In this document: positions 1-8,519 of the stretch, piece after piece
Numbering within the stretch: position 1 is the stretch's first letter
Layout: every line of letters begins with the position of its first letter
From: Antedon mediterranea
Lineage: Eukaryota > Animalia > Echinodermata
NCBI RefSeq assembly: GCF_964355755.1
Contig: NC_092678.1
Coordinates: 10,166,352-10,230,351 of the forward strand
Direction of reading: 5' to 3'
Length of the DNA stretch: 64,000 nt
Notes under the pieces: generated by a model
The model's input: only the letters and a program-made list of their open reading frames with translations
Told to the model about the DNA's origin: nothing
Databases searched by the model: none
Program-made: the position numbers and the translations under genes

Positions 1-88
1 ATTTGAAGATATTCTGAGCACTTTGGTGTTTTTATGTTAAAAAGTTTTTTCGAAAATCACAAAATGGTCTAAAACGTCTCCAAATGCG
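1..88 (+). repeat. Example of monomer family D (88 bp): ATTTGAAGATATTCTGAGCACTTTGGTGTTTTTATGTTAAAAAGTTTTTTCGAAAATCACAAAATGGTCTAAAACGTCTCCAAATGCG
   Basis: Exact copy follows at 89-176. Usually occurs in runs of 1-3 before a B monomer. 27/88 G+C. Confidence 0.97.
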
Positions 89-176
89 ATTTGAAGATAT
101 TCTGAGCACTTTGGTGTTTTTATGTTAAAAAGTTTTTTCGAAAATCACAAAATGGTCTAAAACGTCTCCAAATGCG

Positions 177-350
177 ATTTGAAGCTATTCTGTACACTTT
201 GATGTTTTGTGTGAAAAAGTTTTGTCGAAATGCTCAAAATGGTCTAAAACGTTTTTAAAACGATATTAAGCTATTTTGTGCTCTTTGATGTTTTTGTGTA
301 ACCAAGTTTTATCGAAATGAACAAAATGGTCTAAAACGTCTCCAAATGCG
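177..350 (+). repeat. Example of B-C dimer (86+88 = 174 bp)
   Basis: B (GAAGCTATTCTGTACAC...TCGAAATGCTC...CGTTTTTAAAACG) at 177-262 is followed by C (ATATTAAGCTATTTTGTGCTCTTTG...AACCAAG) at 263-350. The same pairing recurs at 615-788, 1482-1655 and throughout. Confidence 0.95.
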
Positions 351-438
351 ATTTGAAGCTTTTCTAAGCACTTTGCTGTTTTTATTTTAACAAGTTTTTT
401 CGAAAATCACAAAATGGTCTAAAACGTCTCCAAATGGG
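351..438 (+). repeat. Example of monomer family E (88 bp; GAAGCTTTTCYAAGCAC, carries a HindIII site)
   Basis: Diagnostic AAGCTTTTC(T/C)AAGC start; most copies also have TGTTAACAAG. Typically follows C or G. Confidence 0.93.
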
Positions 439-876
439 ATTTGAAGCTTTTCTAAGCACTTTGGTGTTTTTATGTTAACAAGTTTTTTCGAAAAACACAA
501 AATGGTCTAAAACGTCTCCAAATGCGATTTGAAGATATTCTGAGCACTTTGGTGTTTTTATGTTAAAAAGTATTTTCGAAAATCACAAAATGGTCTAAAA
601 CGTCTCCAAATGCGATTTGAAGCTCTTCTGTACACTTTGATGTTTTGTGTGAAAAAGTTTAGTCGAAATGCTCAAAATGGTCTAAAACGTTTTTAAAACG
701 ATATTAAGCTATTTTGTGCTCTTTGATGTTTTTGTGTAACCAAGTTTCATCGAAAATCACAAAATGGTCTAAAACGTCTCCAAATGCGATTTGAAGCTTT
801 TCCAAGCACTTTGCTGTTTTTATGTTAACAAGTTTTTTCGAAAATCACAAAATGGTCTAAAACGTCTCAAAATGCG

Positions 877-1041
877 ATTTGAAGGTATTCTGAGCACTTT
901 GGTGTTTTTGTGTGAAAAGTTTTAACGAAATGCTCAAAATTGTCTAAAACGGTTTCTAATGTGATTTTAAGCACTTTGATGTTTTTGTAAAACCAAGTTT
1001 CATCGAAATGAACAAAATGGTCTAAAATGTCTCCAAATGCG
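877..1041 (+). repeat. Example of F-G dimer (87+78 = 165 bp); G carries a fixed 10-bp deletion
   Basis: F (GAAGGTATTCTGAGC...TTTTAACG...CGGTTTCTAATGTG) at 877-963, then G (ATTTTAAGCACTTTG...) at 964-1041, 10 bp shorter than the 88-bp monomer at its 5' end. Confidence 0.95.
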
Positions 1042-1439
1042 ATTTGAAGCTTTTCCAAGCACTTTGCTGTTTTTATGTTAACAAGCTTTTTCGAAAATCA
1101 CAAAATGGTCTAAAACGTCTCCAAATGCGATTTGAAGATATTCTGAGCACTTTGGTGTTTTTATGTTAAAAAGTTTTTTCGAAAATCACAAAATGGTCTA
1201 AAACGTCTCCAAATGCGATTTGAAGATATTCTAAGCACTTTGGTGTTTTTATGTTAACAAGTTTTTTCGAAAATCACAAAATGGTCTAAAACGTCTCCAA
1301 ATGCGATTTGAAGATATTCTAAGCACTTTGGTGTTTTTATGTTAACAAGTTTTTTCGAAAATCACAAAATGGTCTAAAACGTCTCCAAATGCGATTTGAA
1401 GATATTCTGAGCACTTTGGTGTTTTTCTGTTAAAAAGTA

Positions 1440-3590
1440 TTTTCGAAAATCACAAAATGGTCTAAAACGTCTCCAAATGCGATTTGAAGCTCTTCTGTAC
1501 ACTTTGATGTTTTGTGTGAAAAAGTTTAGTCGAAATGCTCAAAATGGTCTAAAACGTTTTTAAAACGATATTAAGCTATTTTGTGCTCTTTGATGTTTTT
1601 GTGTAACCAAGTTTCATCGAAAATCACAAAATGGTCTAAAACGTCTCCAAATGCGATTTGAAGCTTTTCCAAGCACTTTGCTGTTTTTATGTTAACAAGT
1701 TTTTTCGAAAATCACAAAATGGTCTAAAACGTCTCAAAATACGATATTAAGCTGTTTTGTGCACTTTGATGATTTGTGTGAAAAGTTTTAACGAAATGCT
1801 CAAAATGGTCTAAAATGGTTTCTAATGTGATTTTAAGCACTTTGATGTTTTTATGTAGCCAAGTTTTTTCGAAAATCACAAAATGGTCAAAAACGTCTCC
1901 AAATGCGATTTGAAGCTTTTCTAAGCACTTTGGTGTTTTTATGTTAACAAGTTTTTTCGAAAATCACAAAATGGTCTAAAACGTCTCCAAATGCAATTTG
2001 AAGCTATTCTGTACACTTTGATGTTTTGTGTGAAAAAGTTTTGTCAAAATGCTCAAAATGGTCTAAAACGTTTTTAAAACGATATTAAGCTATTTTGTGC
2101 TCTTTGATGTTTTTGTATAACCAAGTTTTTTCGAAAATCACAAAATGGTCTAAAACGTCTCCAAATGCGATTTGAAGCTTTTCTAAACACTTTGGTGTTT
2201 TTATGTTAACAAGTTTTTTCGAAAATCACAAAATGGTCTAAAACGTCTCCAAATCCGATTTGAAGCTATTCTGTACACTTTGATGTTTTGTGTGAAAAAG
2301 TTTTGTCGAAATGCTCAAAATGGTCTAAAACGTTTTTAAAACGATATTAAGCTATTTTGTGCTCTTTGATGTTTTTGTGTAACCAAGTTTCATCGATATG
2401 AACAAAATGGTCTAAAACGTCTCAAAATGCGATTTGAAGGTATTCTGAGCACTTTGGTGTTTTTGGGTGAAAAGTTTTAACGAAATGCTCAAAATGGTCT
2501 AAAACGGTTTCTAATGTGATTTTAAGCACTTTGAAGTATTTGTAAAAACAAGTTTCATCGAAATGCACAAAATAGTCTAAAACGTCTTCAAATGCGATTT
2601 GAAGCTTTTCTAAGCACTTTGGTGTTTTTATGTTAACAAGTTTTTTCGAAAATCACAAAATGGTCTAAAACGTCTCCAAATGCGATTTGAAGATATTCTG
2701 AGCACTTTGGTGTTTTTATGTTAAAAAGTATTTTCGAAAATCACAAAATGGTCTAAAACGTCTCCAAATGCGATTTGAAGCTCTTCTGTACACTTTGATG
2801 TTTTGTGTGAAAAAGTTTAGTCGAAATGCTCAAAATGGTCTATAACGTTTTTAAAACGATATTAAGCTATTTTGTGCTCTTTGATGTTTTTGTGTAACCA
2901 AGTTTCATCGAAAATCACAAAATGGTCTAAAACGTCTCCAAATGCGATTTGAAGATATTCTGAGCACTTTGGTGTTTTTATGTTAACAAGTTTTTTCGAA
3001 AATCACAAAATGGTCTAAAACGTCTCCAAATGCGATTTGAAGATATTCTGAGCACTTTGGTGTTTTTATGTTAAAAAGTTTTTTCGAAAATCACAAAATG
3101 GTCTAAAACGTCTCCAAATGCGATTTGAAGCTATTCTATACACTTTGATGTTTTGTGTTAAAAAGTTTTGTCGAAATGCTCAAAATGGTTTAAAACGTTT
3201 TTAAAACGATATTAAGCTATTTTGTGCTCTTTGATGTTTTTGTGTAACCAAGTTTCATCGAAATGAACAAAATGGTCTAAAACGTCTCCAAATGCGATTT
3301 GAAGCTTTTCCAAGCACTTTGCTGTTTTTATGTTAACAAGTTTTTTCGAAAATCACAAAATTGTCTAAAACGTCTCAAAATGCGATTTGAAGGTATTCTG
3401 AGCACTTTGGTGTTTTTGTGTGAAAAGTTTTAACGAAAAGCTCAAAATGGTCTAAAACGGTTCTAATGTGATTTTAAGCACTTTGATGTTTTTGTACAAC
3501 CAAGTTTCATCGAAATGCTCAAAATGGTCTAAAACGTTTTTAAAACGATATTAAGCTATTTTGTGCTCTTTGATGTTTTTGTGTAACCAA
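1440..3590 (+). repeat. Block duplicated at ~6243-8393 (offset 4803)
   Basis: Markers TATAACG (2841 / 7644), GAAGTATTTG (2533 / 7336) and GTCTTCAAATG are in the same order and spacing. Confidence 0.85.
1744..1829 (+). repeat. Example of monomer family H (86 bp; C-like 5' half, F-like 3' half)
   Basis: ATATTAAGCTGTTTTGTGCACTTTGATGATTTGTGTGAAAAGTTTTAACG...TTTCTAATGTG, followed by G. Recurs near 6547, 11616, 37027, 40134, 45416, 52022 and 60631. Confidence 0.85.
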
Positions 3591-3636
3591 GTTTTTTTCG
3601 AAAATCACAAAATGGTCTAAAACGTCTCCAAATGCG

Positions 3637-4396
3637 ATTTGAAGCTTTTCTAAGCACTTTGGTGTTTTTATGTTAACAAGTTTTTTCGAAAATCGCAAAA
3701 TGGTCTAAAACGTCTCAAAATGCGATTTGAAGGTATTCTGAGCACTTTGGTGTTTTTGTGTGAAAAGTTTTAACGAAATGCTCAAAATGGTCTAAAACGG
3801 TTTCTAATGTGATTTTAACCACTTTGATGTTTTTGTGTAACCAAGTTCTTTTCGAAAATCACAAAATGGTCTAAAACGTCTCCAAATGCGATTTGAAGCT
3901 TTTCTAAGCACTTTGGTGTTTTTATGTTAACAAGTTTTTTCGAAAATCACAAAATGGTCTAAAACGTCTCAAAATGCGATTTGAAGGTATTCTGAGCACT
4001 TTGGTGTTTTTGTGTGAAAAGTTTTAACGAAATGCTCAAAATGGTCTAAAACGGTTTCTAATGTGATTTTAACCACTTTGATGTTTTTGTGTAACCAAGT
4101 TTTTTCGAAAATCACAAAATGGTCTAAAACGTCTCCAAATGCGATTTGAAGCTTTTCCAAGCACTTTGCTGTTTTTATGTTAACAAGTTTTTTCGAAAAT
4201 CACAAAATGGTCTAAAACGTCTCCAAATGCGATTTCAAGGTATTCTGAGCACTTTGGTGTTTTTGTGTGAAAGGTTTTAACGAAATGCTCAAAATGGTCT
4301 AAAACGGTTTCTAATGTGATTTTAAGCACTTTGATGTTTTTGTATAACCAAGTTTCATCGAAATGCACAAAATGGTCTAAAACGTCTCCAAATGCG
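3637..4396 (+). repeat. Three tandem E-F-G trimers (253-254 bp period)
   Basis: E starts at 3637, 3891 and 4144; next E at 4397. Copied at +30480. Double E-F-G runs also occur near 10681, 17940, 26263, 27899, 29696, 43277, 54463 and 58492. Confidence 0.88.
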
Positions 4397-5096
4397 ATTT
4401 GAAGCTTTTCTAAGCACTTTGCTGTTTTTATGTTAAAAAGTTTTTTCGAAAATCACAAAATGGTCTAAAACGTCTCCAAATGCGATTTGAAGATATTCTG
4501 AGCACTTTGGTGTTTTTATGTTAAAAAGTTTTTTCGAAAATAACAAAATGGTCTAAAACGTCTCCAAATGCGATTTGAAGATATTCTGAGCACTTTGGTG
4601 TTTTTATGTTAAAAAGTTTTTTCGAAAATCACAAAATGGTCTAAAACGTCTCCAAATGCGATTTGAAGCTATTCTGTACACTTTGATGTTTTGTGTGAAA
4701 AAGTTTTGTCGAAATGCTCAAAATGGTCTAAAACGTTTTTAAAACGATATTAAGCTATTTTGTGCTCTTTGATGTTTTTGTGTAACCAAGTTTTATCGAA
4801 ATGAACAAAATGGTCTAAAACGTCTCCAAATGCGATTTGAAGCTTTTCTAAGCACTTTGCTGTTTTTATGTTAACAAGTTTTTTCGAAAATCACAAAATG
4901 GTCTAAAACGTCTCCAAATGCGATTTGAAGATATTCTGAGCACTTTGGTGTTTTTATGTTAAAAAGTTTTTTCGAAAATCACAAAATGGTCTAAAACGTC
5001 TCCAAATGCGATTTGAAGCTATTCTATACACTTTGATGTTTTGTGTTAAAAAGTTTTGTCGAAATGCTCAAAATGGTTTAAAACGTTTTTAAAACG

Positions 5097-5155
5097 ATAT
5101 TAAGCTATTTTGTGCTCTTTGATGTTTTTGTGTAACCAAGTTTCATCGAAATGCG
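5097..5155 (+). repeat. Truncated C monomer (59 bp, 29-bp deletion); second copy at 35577-35635
   Basis: ...TTTCATCGAAATG|CGATTTG: the segment AACAAAATGGTCTAAAACGTCTCCAAATG between two AAATG motifs is missing. Confidence 0.92.
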
Positions 5156-8100
5156 ATTTGAAGCTTTTCCAAGCACTTTGCTGTTTTTATGTTAACAAGC
5201 TTTTTCGAAAATCACAAAATGGTCTAAAACGTCTCCAAATGCGATTTGAAGATATTCTGAGCACTTTGGTGTTTTTATGTTAAAAAGTTTTTTCGAAAAT
5301 CACAAAATGGTCTAAAACGTCTCCAAATGCGATTTGAAGATATTCTAAGCACTTTGGTGTTTTTATGTTAACAAGTTTTTTCGAAAATCACAAAATGGTC
5401 TAAAACGTCTCCAAATGCGATTTGAAGATATTCTGAGCACTTTGGTGTTTTTCTGTTAAAAAGTATTTTCGAAAATCACAAAATGGTCTAAAACGTCTCC
5501 AAATGCAATTTGAAGCTATTCTGTACACTTTGATGTTTTGTGTGAAAAAGTTTTGTCAAAATGCTCAAAATGGTCTAAAACGTTTTTAAAACGATATTAA
5601 GCTATTTTGTGCTCTTTGATGTTTTTGTATAACCAAGTTTTTTCGAAAATCACAAAATGGTCTAAAACGTCTCCAAATGCGATTTGAAGCTTTTCTAAAC
5701 ACTTTGGTGTTTTTATGTTAACAAGTTTTTTCGAAAATCACAAAATGGTCTAAAACGTCTCCAAATCCGATTTGAAGCTATTCTGTACACTTTGATGTTT
5801 TGTGTGAAAAAGTTTTGTCGAAATGCTCAAAATGGTCTAAAACGTTTTTAAAACGATATTAAGCTATTTTGTGCTCTTTGATGTTTTTGTGTAACCAAGT
5901 TTCATCGATATGAACAAAATGGTCTAAAACGTCTCAAAATGCGATTTGAAGGTATTCTGAGCACTTTGGTGTTTTTGGGTGAAAAGTTTTAACGAAATGC
6001 TCAAAATGGTCTAAAACGGTTTCTAATGTGATTTTAAGCACTTTGAAGTATTTGTAAAAACAAGTTTCATCGAAATGCACAAAATAGTCTAAAACGTCTC
6101 CAAATGCGATTTGAAGCTTTTCTAAGCACTTTGGTGTTTTTATGTTAACAAGTTTTTTCGAAAATCACAAAATGGTCTAAAACGTCTCCAAATGCGATTT
6201 GAAGATATTCTGAGCACTTTGGTGTTTTTATGTTAAAAAGTATTTTCGAAAATCACAAAATGGTCTAAAACGTCTCCAAATGCGATTTGAAGCTCTTCTG
6301 TACACTTTGATGTTTTGTGTGAAAAAGTTTAGTCGAAATGCTCAAAATGGTCTAAAACGTTTTTAAAACGATATTAAGCTATTTTGTGCTCTTTGATGTT
6401 TTTGTGTAACCAAGTTTCATCGAAAATCACAAAATGGTCTAAAACGTCTCCAAATGCGATTTGAAGCTTTTCCAAGCACTTTGCTGTTTTTATGTTAACA
6501 AGTTTTTTCGAAAATCACAAAATGGTCTAAAACGTCTCAAAATACGATAATAAGCTGTTTTGTGCACTTTGATGATTTGTGTGAAAAGTTTTAACGAAAT
6601 GCTCAAAATGGTCTAAAACGGTTTCTAATGTGATTTTAAGCACTTTGATGTTTTTATGTAGCCAAGTTTTTTCGAAAATCACAAAATGGTCAAAAACGTC
6701 TCCAAATGCGATTTGAAGCTTTTCTAAGCACTTTGGTGTTTTTATGTTAACAAGTTTTTTCGAAAATCACAAAATGGTCTAAAACGTCTCAAAATGCAAT
6801 TTGAAGCTATTCTGTACACTTTGATGTTTTGTGTGAAAAAGTTTTGTCAAAATGCTCAAAATGGTCTAAAACGTTTTTAAAACGATATTAAGCTATTTTG
6901 TGCTCTTTGATGTTTTTGTATAACCAAGTTTTTTCGAAAATCACAAAATGGTCTAAAACGTCTCCAAATGCGATTTGAAGCTTTTCTAAACACTTTGGTG
7001 TTTTTATGTTAACAAGTTTTTTCGAAAATCACAAAATGGTCTAAAACGTCTCCAAATCCGATTTGAAGCTATTCTGTACACTTTGATGTTTTGTGTGAAA
7101 AAGTTTTGTCGAAATGCTCAAAATGGTCTAAAACGTTTTTAAAACGATATTAAGCTATTTTGTGCTCTTTGATGTTTTTGTGTAACCAAGTTTCATCGAT
7201 ATGAACAAAATGGTCTAAAACGTCTCAAAATGCGATTTGAAGGTATTCTGAGCACTTTGGTGTTTTTGGGTGAAAAGTTTTAACGAAATGCTCAAAATGG
7301 TCTAAAACGGTTTCTAATGTGATTTTAAGCACTTTGAAGTATTTGTAAAAACAAGTTTCATCGAAATGCACAAAATAGTCTAAAACGTCTTCAAATGCGA
7401 TTTGAAGCTTTTCTAAGCACTTTGGTGTTTTTATGTTAACAAGTTTTTTCGAAAATCACAAAATGGTCTAAAACGTCTCCAAATGCGATTTGAAGATATT
7501 CTGAGCACTTTGGTGTTTTTATGTTAAAAAGTATTTTCGAAAATCACAAAATGGTCTAAAACGTCTCCAAATGCGATTTGAAGCTCTTCTGTACACTTTG
7601 ATGTTTTGTGTGAAAAAGTTTAGTCGAAATGCTCAAAATGGTCTATAACGTTTTTAAAACGATATTAAGCTATTTTGTGCTCTTTGATGTTTTTGTGTAA
7701 CCAAGTTTCATCGAAAATCACAAAATGGTCTAAAACGTCTCCAAATGCGATTTGAAGATATTCTGAGCACTTTGGTGTTTTTATGTTAACAAGTTTTTTC
7801 GAAAATCACAAAATGGTCTAAAACGTCTCCAAATGCGATTTGAAGATATTCTGAGCACTTTGGTGTTTTTATGTTAAAAAGTTTTTTCGAAAATCACAAA
7901 ATGGTCTAAAACGTCTCCAAATGCGATTTGAAGCTATTCTATACACTTTGATGTTTTATGTTAAAAAGTTTTGTCGAAATGCTCAAAATGGTTTAAAACG
8001 TTTTTAAAACGATATTAAGCTATTTTGTGCTCTTTGATGTTTTTGTGTAACCAAGTTTCATCGAAATGAACAAAATGGTCTAAAACGTCTCCAAATGCGA

Positions 8101-8519
8101 TTTGAAGCTTTTCCAAGCACTTTGCTGTTTTTATGTTAACAAGTTTTTTCGAAAATCACAAAATTGTCTAAAACGTCTCAAAATGCGATTTGAAGGTATT
8201 CTGAGCACTTTGGTGTTTTTGTGTGAAAAGTTTTAACGAAAAGCTCAAAATGGTCTAAAACGGTTCTAATGTGATTTTAAGCACTTTGATGTTTTTGTAC
8301 AACCAAGTTTCATCGAAATGCTCAAAATGGTCTAAAACGTTTTTAAAACGATATTAAGCTATTTTGTGCTCTTTGATGTTTTTGTGTAACCAAGTTTTTT
8401 CGAAAATCACAAAATGGTCTAAAACGTCTCCAAATGCGATTTGAAGCTTTTCTAAGCACTTTGGTGTTTTTATGTTAACAAGTTTTTTCGAAAATCACAA
8501 AATGGTCTAAAACGTCTCC

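Larger units (their letters stand above)
1..1300 (+). repeat. Block duplicated at ~20339-21640 (offset 20338)
   Basis: Rare variants CAAATGGGAT (431 / 20769) and CGAAAAACAC are shared. ORF 867 maps to ORF 21205. Confidence 0.85.

Noticed and set aside
48-64. CENP-B box (NTTCGNNNNANNCGGGN)
   Set aside because: Only TTCG matches (TTTCGAAAATCACAAAA); the essential A and CGGG are absent.
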